A stretch of DNA of 64,000 nt from positions 1,240,001 through 1,304,000 of the forward strand of contig JBHGNT010000010.1 of assembly GCA_043228905.1 (NCBI GenBank), given 5' to 3'. The notes below the pieces were generated by a model that was not told the origin of the DNA, did not search any database, and saw nothing but the letters and a program-made list of their open reading frames with translations. This DNA is from Azolla caroliniana (lineage: Eukaryota > Plantae > Polypodiophyta). Within the stretch, counting starts at the first letter, position 1; every line of letters begins with the position of its first letter. The translations under genes and the position numbers were made by a program. Shown one piece after another: positions 38,630-52,204 of this stretch.

Positions 38630-41600
38630 CTCCCCCTCAAGCTCAACTTGACGCTCTTCGGGATCTTTGGGCTCACAGCTCCGGTTCCTCCTGGCTTCAC
38701 ACCTCGCTCGCGCTCCTCGACCTGTTCGACTCTGCGTGCTTCGACCCTTCTGGTCGTCTTGTCTGCTCACGTGGCCCTTATCAGCTCTTCTGCTGTTGCG
38801 ATGTTGACGCTTCTCCTGCTGCCTTTTCTTCTGCTTGGGCCTTGGTTGATTCAACGTATCTAAATCAAACATCCGAACTGACTCGGCTACCTCCGATCGG
38901 TTTTCGCTCTCGTCCGAGTTGGCTGTCTCCAACTCGTCTTCGGTCTTCTCGCCCTCGATGGCGTCATCTTCCCCATGCGTGGTTGGCTTTGGCTCTCTCC
39001 TTCGGTTGCTCCCCTTCTGTCCGCCTCCGGTCTTTTCCGTGGGTCCGCCCTCGGCTTCTTCAGCCGATCCGAAGTCGAACTCGACAACCGAGTCAACCGA
39101 CTCGGGGTCGCGGTCTCCGCTCCTTTCATGCTGCCTTGCTTGGTCGTTTGGGACTGTTCTTCCCCTCAAGTTTGGCACGTCGAGGTGACACAGTCCGAGC
39201 GCACCTGAGAATTGCCGCAACTTGTCCAGACCAAGAGACTTGGTGAAGATGTCGGCAGTCTACCGATCCGTCGGAACGTACTGAAGTTCGACTTCACCGG
39301 AAAGGACACGCTCACGGACGAGATGGTAGTGCACCTCAATGTGCTTGGTCCGTGTGTGGAAAACGGGGTTTTTCGCGAGCTGGATGCTGCTAAGGTTGTC
39401 GCAGTAGATCGTCGTCGGATCTGACACCTCTTGCAGGTCCTTAAGTAGCCGCTTCAACCATATGGCTTCGCATGTCGCGACAGCCGCTCCTCGGTACTCA
39501 GCTTCGGTGCTCGACAGTGCAACTGTCGACTGCTTCTTACTACTCCACGCGATCGCGGCACTCCCGAGGGAGAACACGTATCCGGACGTGGAACGACGAT
39601 CGGCGGCGTTGCCAGCCCAATCAGCATCGGTGTAGCCGACTAACTGCACGGCTGCACCAGTTCGATATAGTAGTCCCCGGTCCTTAGTGCCGTTGACATA
39701 CCGAAGTATGCGTTGCGCACACTGAAGGTGCTCCTCGGTAGGTAGCGCCATGTACTGACTGATCACTCCGACTGGATAACTGAGGTCGGGTCGGGTGATG
39801 GTCAAGTATATGAGGCTTCCGACAATTTGTCGGAACCTCGTCGGGTCGCATACCTTTCCCGTATCGGGACGAAGCTTAATGGTTCTGTCCTGAGGAGTCG
39901 AGACGGACTTACAGTCGGCCATCCCGAATTTGAAGAGCATACTCAGCACGTAATGATGTTGGCTGATCAATATGCTTTCGGGGGTCCGGATCACTTCGAT
40001 CTCGAGGAAGTAATGAAGGTCCCCCAGATCCTTCATGTCGAACGATGCCGCAAGCTGGAGCTTTACGCGGTCGATTTCACCTAGGTTGGTGCCGGTGATG
40101 ACCAAGTCATCAACATATAGTAAAATACTAACCGGTCCGAGTCGACTTTTCCAGATGAACGAGGAAGAGTCCGATTTTGACGTGATGAAGCCCATCCGAC
40201 GCAGTTGCGTGATCTTCGCGTTCTAGGCACGCGGGGCTTGCTTCAGTCCGTAAAGGGACTTCTTCAGTCGGCATACTGCCGAGGAGTTCGTTCCAGAGTG
40301 AAATCCGGGGGGTTGTACCATGTACACCTATTCCTCAAGGTCACCTTGTAGGAACGCATTCTTTGCATCCATCTGATGTAAGTGCCACCCCTTCGCCACA
40401 GCTACTGTGAGCAAAACACGAACAATCGTCATTTTCGCGACCCGCGCAAACGTCTCATCGTAGTCGATGTCGTGTTTTTGCGCGTAGCCCTTTGCCACCA
40501 GCCGAGCCTTGTACCAGTTGACCGAGCCATCGGTGTTGTACTTGACCTTGTACACCCACCGACACCCGATTGGTTTTACCCCTTTTGGTGCGTCAACCAG
40601 GTCCCAGGTCTCGTTCTCCACCAATGCGTGCATCTCTTCCTTCATCGCGGCGCGCCAATTCACGTCCTTCGCTGCTTCTGCGTAGCTCTCCGGCTCACGC
40701 ACTTCCGCTATACGGGTCATGTACGCATAATGATGCGCCATGTACTCGTTGTACCCGAACTGCAAAACAGGGTTCTTCTGGCGGGTAGATCGGCGTAATC
40801 TCACACCAGCCGATGTCGAGGCCTTCTCGGTCGACGCAGACTTCACCTTTAAAGTCCCGTCACCGGTTCCCTCAGAGTCGGACTCGCGTCGGTCTGACTC
40901 GTTCCTATCCGTGCCGGAATCCGACACCTTCTTCTTCCCTTTCTCTTTGCGCGTAAGCCGTCTCCTCGGCTTCCTACGCGGGGAATGCACGACCGAGTCT
41001 CCACTACTCGCCGGTTCTTCATCGGACTGGTCGTACCGACTCAGTCGTCCAATCGGTCCACTTAAACGGAGTGAAATCAGACTCTCTTCGCGGGTCTTGA
41101 TTTTGGGCTCCTCCGGAGCCACCTCGGCCTCGCTGACCTCATCGTCAGAACTCGGATTGGAGTCGGGGTTCGAAGTCGGGGGCCGGTACCAGAACGCGGA
41201 CTCGTCAAACACAACGTCGCGGCTAACACGCGCTTGTTTGGTGCGAGGGTTATAGCACTTATAACCCTTCTGCTCGTCCGAGTAACTGACCAAGATGCAT
41301 TTCTCGGCCTTTGCGTCCGGCTTCCTCCTTTTCTCCTTCGGTACATGCACATACGCAATGCTACCGAACACCCTCAAGTGTCGCAAGTTCGGCTTCGTTC
41401 CGAAATATAGTTCGTGCGTCGACAGTTTGTCTCCGATCCGGTTTTGGATGTATACCGCGGTCCTTACCGCTTCGGCCCAGTAGAACTTGGGCAAGCTCTT
41501 CTCCTCCAGCATGGCCCGTGCCGCTTCCACAACTGACCGATTCTTCCTCTCGGCCACGCCGTTCTGCTCCGGAGTGTATCTACAACTGAATTCGCGCCGA

Positions 41601-43523
41601 ATTCCCATTTGTTGTAGATAACCGTTGAATTGACCGGAAAAGTACTCTTTCCCGCCATCCGACCGCAGGCACTTGATCTTTCATCCGGTTTCCGTTTCCA
41701 CAAACCCTTTGAGGTCCCAGAAACAGTCGAGGACTTCGCTCTTCCTCTCAATGAGGTAGATCCACGTGTGCCGCGTGTGGTCGTCGATAAAGGAGACGAA
41801 ATATCGGCTCCCGCCAAGACTAACGTTTTATGCCGGCCCCCATACATCGGAGTGTATAAGGTCGAGCTTGTTCCAGCTCCGGTTTCGCTTGTTGGGGAAA
41901 GGAAGTTGGTGTTGCTTCCCGAGCTGGCAGGCTTCACAAATTTGTGCCTTTCGGCCACTGAATTTGGGCAATCCGAACACTACCTGTTTCGATTGCAGAT
42001 CTTGAAGCCGCTAGTAGTTGATGTGGCCTATCCGCTTGTGCCACAAGTCGATGTCCGACTCGGATTTTTGTCCCTTCGCGAACATTGCGGTGCCGCCGTC
42101 AGTGTAGTCGAGGATGAACATCCTCCCGTCTCTACGCCCTTGCACAATAACACGGCCTTCTTCCTCAATGAAGCACCCGAGGTGTGTGAACCGAACCTCC
42201 ATCCCTTGGTCGACGATCTGTCCGATCGAGACCAAGTTCTTCGTGATTGTCGGAACATGCAACACGTTCATGAGTTTCCTTTCTGCCCGACATGGCTAAG
42301 GGGAACTTCTCCGACATTCGCGATCGGATGGAGAGTGTTGTCTCTAGTTGCGACTACTCCAGGTTGTATCGGTTTTTCAAGGTACGAGAACCACTCCTTA
42401 TGGCTCGTCATGTGGTTTGACGTGCCGAAGTCTACGTACCACACCTCGTCCGATCTCGGGGTGGTCTGTTTCATTGAGTTTGCTTCGTGTCTCGTCACGA
42501 AGGCAGACCCTTCTCCGGCTCTCCCGGAGTCTTCGGCGTAGTGCAATCACTGCCTATTTCCCTTGTTGGCATGTTCGGAGCCGTTTCCGGAACTGGTTCT
42601 CTCCGAATTGGCGCGCTTCTTCCAGCACTCACTTTCCCTGTGGCCTTTCTTGCCACAGTACCAGCACTCCGTGATGGCCTTCCATTGCCGGTTCTCATTG
42701 CTTCGACTCCCCCTGTTTCCGGAGGGTCCGGAGTTGCTGTTGGCATCACTTCGGTGCCTTCTTCCTTGATCTTGTCGACCGCCTTCATTGCGCGCCGACT
42801 CGCCTCGTCCTCCATGTCCACGGGGCCTATCTCCCTCCGTGTACAACATTCTGCTGTCGGTGTGCGTGCTTGTAGATGCACTTGCGTGGTTCTCCTCTAC
42901 CAAGAGCATTGATTGTAAGTCGAAAAAGGACGGTGTATTCTCCCGGGTACACACAACCGTTCGGAACGCCCCAAACTTCGACGCCAAACTCCGAGACAGA
43001 TCTGGACCATCTCACTCTCCTCGATGTTCACCTCTATGGAGGCGAGGGAGTCGCAGATATCCTTGATCTTCGAGGTATAGTCTGCCACCGACAAGTCGCG
43101 TTGTCGTAGGTTGCTCAACTCCTGTCGGAGCTGAAGCTTCCTGGCTGTGGTGCTCGCGGCGAAAATCTTCTTCAGATTTTCCCAGGCACCCTTCAACGTC
43201 TTTGCATCCCGAACATAGCTCAATAGTTGTTCCCCCACACACGACGCGAAGCAGTATAATACCCTGCTCGCCGATTGCTCCCACGACGGGAAGTCTCTGT
43301 GTGTCGATTCGGGTGCCGCGTCATTAGCTCCTTCGACATAACTCCAGTAGCCGTGCCCGAGCAAGTACTGGTGCATCTTGTAGGACCAAGACGCGTAGTT
43401 GGTTCTGTCGAGCTTCTCTGTTGGAAGCGAGCTCGCCATGCCTCTATCCATCGTTCTTCTTGTTCTTCTTCGTCAAGTTGTGTCGGCTGCAGAGAGGTTC
43501 TCAACCCTCGCGCTCTGATACCA

Positions 43524-43990
43524 TGTAAAAAGTAGCGCGCGAAAGCAAGTATGAAGGCTGAACAAAAGGAAGAAAAACTCAGGTTTAATGGGGAGCTTGA
43601 GCTTACGTAGTATACGCGGGAGAGACAGAGAGAGTGAGTGAGTGAGAGAGAGAACACAAGAACTATATTCAACAAAAAATACTCAATCTCTATTCACCAC
43701 ACTCTGTGTACATATATGTGTTCAATGAACACTTTTATACAAGTCCTAGAAGGACTGACTGAAGTACTGACAGTACTTCAATGCTCATTAAGAGCTCCTA
43801 CACTAACTCCCAAATGTATTCCTCACGGAATATCTTTCCTAACGGCCTCCCGGTTTACGCACCGATCCGGCCCTACCTACACACCGGTCTGCGTACCGGT
43901 TTACGCACTCGGCCTAACCGATCGGTCCCAACCGATCCGGTCCTCGGCTTCTTCAGCCGATCCGGCCGATGTTGAGCTTGTCTCTCAACA
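43524..43990 (-). repeat. 5' LTR
   Basis: TG...CA termini, adjacent to Met PBS at 43512-43523. Confidence 0.97.
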
Positions 43991-44129
43991 ATTCACATAT
44001 CAGTACATGTTAGAGCTCTCAATTGTTTGTCATCTAAACCATTACTTCCGTATGACTAAGCTCACTCTCACTACGAAGTGAGACATGATGTTCAAGCATA
44101 AGTGATTAGAGTAGTCAATTGTGCAATTT

Positions 44130-44936
44130 TGCCCTAAACAAGTTTGTTTACTTGCCAGAGAATTAGAAGCATTTTGTTAGAGTGTTGGACTAAGTGTGAA
44201 TGTGGATAAAACAAAATGATGATAGTGTGAACCATCCAATCTCACTGGCACTCTTCACTCACATATAAGGGAGAACATTTACAATTTTCGCAAAACTTTA
44301 AGTAAATCGGTATTGGTGTACCCCCCACAAATAAGTGGAGTCTACGATTTGGTGTAAGGTTAAAGCTGGTTGGGAAACCTATTACATGTTGGAGGAACCT
44401 TGCAACCAAAATGATACTCATGGATGGGAAGGGAAACTAATGTTATTTAAGGCAATGGTAACACAAGTCTTGCTTTATGGAGTAGAGGTGTGGGGCGACA
44501 CTATCCCTCATAATGCATGGAATGGATTGATAAGATTCAAACAATGTTTTTAATGATACAATTGGAAGTTAATCAATCTACCGTCTCCTATTACGTTATG
44601 CTTTTGGAGACAAGTGTTTGACCTATACAAATGTTGACACCAGAAAGAGTATATAGATACATTACAAAAGTCAAGGATATGCCAAATAATAGATTATTGC
44701 ATCTTGTTTGAAATGTTGAATATAAACCACGAAAAATCACACTTAAGAGAGGGTGGTGAATAGAGTGTCAAAATAAAAAAAGCACCTAGAAGGTTGAACT
44801 CATTTGTGTATGCCCTTTGTGCTTCAAAGTATGAAAATCCATGATTAGAACGGAGACATACGTTGAGAAAACTTTTGTATTTATAAGGTTCAATGGGTCA
44901 ATATACCTCTCTATGGACGTTAAAAAATATCTAATC

Positions 44937-44942
<6 letters not shown>
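44130..44942 (+). mobile_element. Highly decayed RTE-like LINE 3' portion
   Basis: LEAFC..GLSVNVDKTK and VLLYGVEVWG match the 18950-19402 ORF; 3' end CCTCT...TATGGACG-A-rich-(ATCTA)n then (CT)n. Confidence 0.75.
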
Positions 44943-44975
<33 letters not shown>

Positions 44976-46079
44976 TCTCCTTTTGGTAAAATCACACAAT
45001 TATATTAATTGCATGTAAAAAAAACCGTATCACAACTTGTAAGTCAACTTTACATATCTACAATTATATTAATTTTATGAAAGACCTTTTAACTTTTCAA
45101 CATATTTTCTCACCCCAATTTGTGGATCAAAAGTGAAGGCATTCCACATATTCCAATTCTCAAACCATAGCGCCAAATACCTCAAGAACTTAAAATTAAT
45201 TTGGAAATGAGGTATCACTCCACTATTCTCCACATGTGCAAAAGCCCAATTGTATGAATATAGTTTTACTCTGTCAAAGATATCCACACTAAATTGATAC
45301 ACCTCCAAACCATTCTAGCCATTGGGCATGAAAGAAATCAATGCTTACCATGTTCCAATTCCACTGAACAAAAGAAACACATTATTGTAGCAATGTTTCT
45401 TTTGTTTAATGCATCCCCCAATTATAAAACTCCAATCATAACTCTCCAAATGAATGCCATAGCTCATAACATAAGAGAGTTTACCTTGCCATATCGCCAC
45501 TAATGAAGTAGTTGAGGTAGCAAGGTTTTGTATTATCATATTGTTTTAATAAAAGTAAAGATTTGTGTGTGTGTGTGAGAGAGAGAGTTGGGCATGGGAG
45601 AGAATTGTAACAATGGCGTAAGAAAAACTAGGTTGGTTAAGCAAACTGTTAGCTTCGTGGTCTTCAACAAGCCTCACATATGATCAATGGCGATGCTGCC
45701 TCTTGTTGATGAGGGGCACTTGTGCAACTTTGAGCTTCCTTCCTTGACCAAAGAACCAAATTGATTCCCAACTTCTTTCCTCCATGCTTGCTCGACACCT
45801 TATCCTAGCTCAATGAAGGAAAAGACGATCCCAAAACCAAAATAGAAGAAGATGAAGGTGAGGTGATGCAAACTTCGCTCTCACACCCCTAAGTCTCCCA
45901 ACCCTAAACTCCAAGTAAGAAGAAGAATCTCACTAACGTTTAAAATCCCAAAAAATTAAGAAGAAGAAAATACTCTAAACCCTAAATCCAAAAATGGTCC
46001 ATTCCCTCTATGGCTATCTTTTGTCCCCCGTTTTCTTTATTTTTTCCCTTTCATATGTAGGAATATATTTCATAATGTG

Positions 46080-46420
46080 TTGAATCTTCATATGGGCATG
46101 GATTATGCATGACACAACTGTCAAGAATTGATAATGGTGCAATTAGATTTGAAGAGAGCTTATGATAATGTTAATTGGTCCCTTGTTTCTAGTTTAATGC
46201 ATACAATGGGCTTTGGATCACGTAGGTCTCATCTCATATTTTTATTATGACAAGATGTGGTGTCCCAAGCAATGCTTAATGGAGGAATTACATCAGATAT
46301 TGTCCACACGAGATATGTTTGTCAAGGATACCCACTTATCTCATTGTTGTTTGTTATTGCTACTCATCCCTTGTTATTGACGTATACAATCTTCCAACTA
46401 ATGGCGACTTAACAAGATCA
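46080..46420 (+). pseudogene. L1-type LINE reverse transcriptase remnant
   Basis: Reads LDLKRAYDNVNWSLV...MGFG and later CQGYPL..LLFVIATHPL. Confidence 0.6.
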
Positions 46421-47149
46421 AACACTGTCTTTACAAGTTATTACTAATCTCTTATATCATTGCTTCATTAAATTTGTTTGATGGCTATAATTGAGGGTTG
46501 AACAAGAATGGAAAGTATATAGTTTCAATTATGGATGTTGGCATATCTTAAAACGAAGTTGGCAACCTAAGTTGTCACTTGTAGTGAATGACTTCATTTA
46601 GAGAGTTTTGATTGGGAGTTTAACTTTTAGATTAGCTCTAAAATTACATGGACTAGTAAGAGGCAATTACTTCTTTTACACTATTCAAGTGAAAGATAGT
46701 ACTCATTGTTGCATACAATGTTCAATTACATGTTAGATTTGGAGTTACATTTCTCAAATTCGGTAAGTTTTGTCCCAATGTTATTTGATGCCAAGACAAT
46801 GGGTGTTTGCACAATTCATATAAATCAATCCAAAATCAAAGATGGAGATCACAATTTTTCTTATTTCTATGATATTGGGGATTTCGTTGTCGCTTTAAAG
46901 AATTTGCGTGATTTACTTAAGCGGAACTTGGGAAGGTAGACCAAGGAGGGAGTGTTGTACGACTGTGAGAAGGCAATTTAGTTTCCTTGATGAGCATTCA
47001 TGAGGAGGTGACCATTCACAAGGCAAATGCTTGGAAAGGAACGTTGACGAGGCGAATGCTCGTCTATTGACCGCCACATTACTCTCCTCACTCTCGCCCA
47101 CACAATAATGGTGTAGGAATGGTTAAAACACACACACACACACACACAC

Positions 47150-47420
47150 ATTTAACATTGCTAATACAATAATAAACCCAAATATGTTCATAGCTACACA
47201 AGATTTAGCAATAAACACACACACTTATTGCCACTAATACAAGAATAAACCCAAATGTGGTGTTAATTACACAAGATTCAGCAATAAGCATACATACTTA
47301 TCATCGTAATACAAGAATAAACTTGAATATGGTGTTAACTTCACAAGGTTTAACACTAACCACACATATTTATCATTGCTAAAACTAGAATAAACCCAAA
47401 TACCACGATGTAAACAAGAA
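47150..47420. repeat. Degenerate repeats of about 75-80 bp in an LTR-like segment
   Basis: (C)TAATACAAGAATAAACCCAAAT-like motif at about 47161, 47234, 47306 and 47385; reverse TATA-like CCTTTTATAG near 47857. Confidence 0.5.
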
Positions 47421-48324
47421 AAGCTCATATTAAAAAATAAAAGGGGTTCACCGAATAATGCCACGCATTCAATGGCTTTTACAATGGATCTTTTAGGGGT
47501 GTAGAACAACAAGAAGAAAAACAACGAGATGAGGCAATTGAGCTTTGGTGTGGATCCAAGCTAAACGGTGTCGTTGAGGCCTCACCTAGGCTAAAGACAA
47601 CGACACCTTGAGTTGAAGTACTGCCCTTAGGCCAAATAAACTCCCTTCCACAAACGAAGAGCAACAAACTAAACTTGTCTATCCAAAGCCACCCACATAC
47701 TCGGCATTGAACAAGGACCAAGGAATTCCTCCCGAGAAGAGGAGGAAAAAGAAAATAACAACGAAAATATACCTTAAGCAAACTCCCACCAAAATGCCAA
47801 AAAATGACGAATGCCTTCCCCTCCCCAAAAGTCGATCCCAAACGAACCCTCCTCTCCTTTTATAGAGAGTGAAGCCTCATTTTGCATTAAATGCCGAAAA
47901 TGCAAAAGGGAATAATTCCTCTATACATTATGGCAAAGATTGGAACTTTGCGCCATGTCGTACTTAATATATATTCATTTTCATACATATACATATATTT
48001 ATGTTTCTGCGGTTGTGTGTCTTCCATTTGTGTCCACTTTCTACCTTCGGTCCTGCCACATCACGACAACATTATAATTGGGATATGCAATGCTTTTGTG
48101 TTTGATTGTAGGCATGGAGTCAAAGTGTATCTATGAAAATTGAAGGGAGTACTAATGCAACAATTTTCTTTATTGGGGAAAGTAGAAATTCTTTGATCGG
48201 TGGTGTGTTCGTCTTTCCTATTGGCATGTGGTGATGACCATACTTCATTGCGGCAACCATTGTAAGTATGTCGTGTTTTACACGCACATTTTTTATTAAT
48301 ATAATTGTGTGTTTTCGTGCTAGA

Positions 48325-48648
48325 GAGAGAAAGAAGAAAGAAATACATATTAACGTCTTCTAAGACCAAAATTGGACCATGAGATAATTGGTTTACAACA
48401 AAAATGGGGTATTTACCCATTCATCGAAAGTAAAAAACAAAAATAAAATAAAATAAAATAGAGCTTAAGCTAAATAGTACTAGTAAAAAAACATGTTCCA
48501 TAAGGAAATGACTTTATACTAGGCCGAGTTTCATTTCTATCCAAGTCTCTCGAAAAGACGCGGGAGGTCAAAGGGTTTTGATGTGGATGTGGCCCGCGGT
48601 CCCAATGTAAAAGGTATCCCAACCATAGCTTCTAGGTGGCGTTGCTCA

Positions 48649-48651
<3 letters not shown>
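48325..48651 (+). repeat. Dispersed repeat, paralog of 24410-24723
   Basis: Colinear sequence match, ending at a (GA)n tract. Confidence 0.9.
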
Positions 48652-48697
<46 letters not shown>

Positions 48698-48795
48698 CTT
48701 AGACCTCAGAATTTGTACGACATTTGAACCTCTAAATTTGCACGTACAGAACCTTAGACATTGGAAAAGAGAGGTAAGAGAGATAGACTGATACA

Positions 48796-48827
<32 letters not shown>

Positions 48828-48953
48828 CATACATACATACATATAGGAAATGTGACTTGAAAATTTAGGAGTTGTGATCGATAAGTACAAGTGAAGCCCA
48901 AATGAGTAAGCTATATTAAGAAAACTTTTAAGTATTTTAGGTGATAGAATTTA

Positions 48954-50033
48954 GGGAAAAGTACCAGGATACCCTTGGAAGTTCGTCTATTTACCAGAAC
49001 GCCCCTGGAAGTTCCAAATTTACCAAACTACCCCTATGTCCAAAAAAATACACTTTATAAAGTAATTATACACTCAAATCTACAAGCCTTATTTACCAGA
49101 GTACCCTTAAACCTAAACTTATTTACCATAATGCCACTATATACCTATTTTGACCAATTTATACCACTTTTATTTTTCAAAATACATCATAAATCAAACT
49201 AAATTATCCAATTTATATTATATATCAAAAATTTCAATTGAAAGGTCACCTTGAACTCCAATTCTATGAATTTACACCGAGTTATACTGGCTTAATCCCA
49301 TAAAACCAAAATTTGTGATTGAAGTGACCAAAACATAATCTTAAAACCAAAACATTTGATTGCACACCAAAGTTTACCATTGGGATGCCATTTTGAAGCC
49401 AAATTCCATGAATTTGTAGATTCACAAACAATTTGCAGCCAAAAATGTTAAACCAAATCTCACGAAAAACTTTGCTACCAAAATGTCATTTTAAGCGAAA
49501 TCTCACATAACACTTTGCTATTAAAATGCCATCTTAAACCAAATTTCATGATTTTACCCTAAATTTTGTTAGCAAAATGCAATCACAACTAAATCTCCTG
49601 AATTTAAAAAATACTTGCAAACCAAAATTAATTATCAAAATGTAATAATTACATGTCAATTTTGATCCGCCTACAAAATGTGTAATTCCAAAAATATCCA
49701 CAAAATCAAATATATCTATCGACTCAACAAAATATCTAATAATGCACAAGGTAACCCCATATCCTAATGATGAAGACGATTGATCAACCCAATGAACAAG
49801 AAAGAAAAGAAAGACTACACTGTTAGGTACAAAGGACCCAAAGAATCGCTTAAGTGAAGAAATTTGTGTTTGAAGGGTATTCTAGTAAATAGGGCTTGTA
49901 GATTTGAGTGTATAATTACTTGATAAAGTGTATTATTTTGGACATAGGGGTAGTTTGGTAAATTTGGAACTTCCAGGGGGGGGATTCTGGTAAATAGACG
50001 AACTTCCAAGGGGGGTATCTTGGTATTTATCCC
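48954..50033. mobile_element. Non-autonomous Mutator-like element (MULE)
   Basis: About 160-bp TIRs (GGGAAAAGTACC...GGAAGTTCGTCTATTTACCAGAA and its reverse complement at the right end) and perfect 9-bp TSD TAGAATTTA at 48945-48953 and 50034-50042. Confidence 0.93.
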
Positions 50034-50169
50034 TAGAATTTACATTAGGAGAAAGAGATGGGTATTTTGTGTAAATATAGAAAACTTCTTCTTCTCCTTC
50101 TCCTTCATCGTATAGTCAGTCACTGCGTGAATGTGAATGTATGTAACTGAACGCCAGCTCTTCTTAGCT

Positions 50170-52204
50170 ATGGGAGCTTTACCTGCAGATCTTGCCCTGA
50201 CTTCTTCTTCTTCTTCTTCTTCTTCTTCTCTTTCCTCCTCACCCACGTATGTTTCTTCTCCCTCTTCCTCCCCTCAGGATTTCTTCTCCGTCTCCCAGCT
50301 CAAGCTTCTGTTCAGTGAACAGCAGAAGTTCCTCGACTTCTTCTTCACGCACCTCGACTACGCTCAGGTCCACGCATTCACACAGCTCTGCTTCCATTGC
50401 AGAGGATCGATCTTCTTCTCGGGTGTAGGGAAGAGCGGATTCATTGCGCAGAAGATCTCTCAGACGTTGGTCTCTACAGGAACGAAAGCTTCGTTCCTCA
50501 ACCCTACTGATGCTCTCCATGGTGATATAGGGATTGTTGGACCTCGAGATATCGTCGTTCTCCTTAGTAAAAGTGGATCTACAGAAGAAATCCTTCGTCT
50601 TGTCCCTTGTTCCAGAGCGAAAGGAGCGTATTTGGTAGGGATAACGTGTCTCAAAAGCTCTAATCTCGGCAAGATCTGCGATCTTCACGTCTGTCTCCCT
50701 CTAGAGAGAGAGCTTTGCCCGTTTGATCTTGCTCCTGTTACTTCAACGACCATTCAGATGCTATTTGGAGATACGGTGGCCATAGCTCTCATGCAAGCGA
50801 AGAATATGACCAAAGAACAGTATGCACTTAACCATCCCGCGGGAAGAATCGGCAAACGTCTGATTCTTAAGGTGTGAGAGAAAGAGAGAAAGTCAATAAA
50901 CTGCAGAGAATTTACGCTTTTCTACGGTCTATGTTCTTTTGGATCCTTGTATAAACTTTGTCTGTATATTGTTTGAATCAGTGATCAGGCAGAAATATCC
51001 GGAATTGTGTTCCATATTCTGATTTTAAGAATGTACAGATGCATTATAACAGCATATAACCATGGTGAAATGACAAGTAGATATACAATGCAGATAATGC
51101 ATTTATCGAAAGAGTAGATATCTTTAGCGTCTTGCAGAAGACAAGGATAGATAGATAAAGAAATTGACAAGTCTTGTTTTATCTCATAGATCTTTAACAC
51201 ATAAAACTGTTGTTTCTTTCAAAGTAAAAGCCATATTTCTGATCTGTTTCCCTTTGATGTGATCTGAGAATTGGAATTTCAGGCTCTGGATTCCTCCTCC
51301 TGATGCATTTGCACATATGTATTTTCATATGCGCTAGGTTTACAATCAACAGAAAAAGTAGAGCTACTCATGATATGTACACATTTGCTTAATGAATCTT
51401 CATTCATTCTATGATTGTTCTATAATTGCACATAGCACAGATTGACTCCTAGGTGTCTGCATTGAGTTAGTTTGACATGATGATGGCTATACCATTGATG
51501 ATAGCAAACTGTGATGTGGGGTTTTTCTATATTCTGAAAAATAACTTAACATTCTTCCACATTTGGTTAAGTTCTGTTTTCATTACTTATAGGTTCATGA
51601 TGTGATGAGGAAAGAGGATGGAGTGCCAATTTGTAAAGAAGATGACCTTATAATGGAACAACTTGTGGAACTTACTAGCAAAGGATGTGGTTGCTTGATT
51701 GTGGTGGATGAGCATCACCATCTTATTGGTACCTTCACTGATGGTGACCTTCGTCGAACTCTTAAATCCTATAGTGAAAAGATATTCCAGCTCACCATTG
51801 GCAAAATATGCAACAGGTTATGATTTCTATATAGCTGGTTTATATCCAAAGCTAATAGTTTCCAGTTCAGATCTAATGGTACTCACTTAAAATCTTCATG
51901 GTTTTCAGTCAAAAGCCAATACCAAAAATTAGTATTACAGTTTTGTACTTAAAAGTCTAAGTTTTTTGCTCCAAATCTAATGGTTTTTGCTTCATAGTCG
52001 AAATTTTCACTTGAACTATAATAGTTTCTCTCTTTGATTAATGGCAGGTCTCCCAGATCCATAGGTCCGAATGCCATGGCAGTGGATGCCATGGAGAAGA
52101 TGGAAGGGCCTCCCTCACCAGTGGCCTTCCTCCCTGTGGTGAATCATGAAGGTGTAGTCATTGGCATTGTTACTCTTCATGACCTTGTATCATCTGGTTT
52201 GTAA
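50170..52204 (+). CDS. SETH3: Arabinose-5-phosphate isomerase (KdsD/KpsF/GutQ family, SIS + 2 CBS domains); exons 50170-50871, 51593-51816, 52048-52204; 360 aa
   Basis: [56 protein letters not shown] introns join in frame to a TAA stop. Confidence 0.93.

Larger units (their letters stand above)
38163..43990 (-). mobile_element. Full-length but disabled Ty1/Copia element with both LTRs
   Basis: 467-bp LTRs 38163-38629 and 43524-43990; PBS TGGTATCAGAGC; PPT TTGAGGGGGAG; imperfect TSD TTTCA/ATTCA; gag-PR-IN-RT-RH split by several stops and frameshifts. Confidence 0.97.

Noticed and set aside
41630-42541. 303-aa plus-strand ORF within the Copia
   Set aside because: Antisense shadow of GC-rich pol; not maintained as one frame in the 3184-8307 relative.
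50137-50169. Upstream in-frame ATG as the API start
   Set aside because: ATG 50170 gives MGALP, resembling the N-terminus I recall for plant orthologs. The upstream start cannot be excluded without transcript data.
35938-52204. CHS plus API as a biosynthetic gene cluster
   Set aside because: Unrelated pathways (flavonoid versus Kdo), only two genes, no tailoring enzymes.
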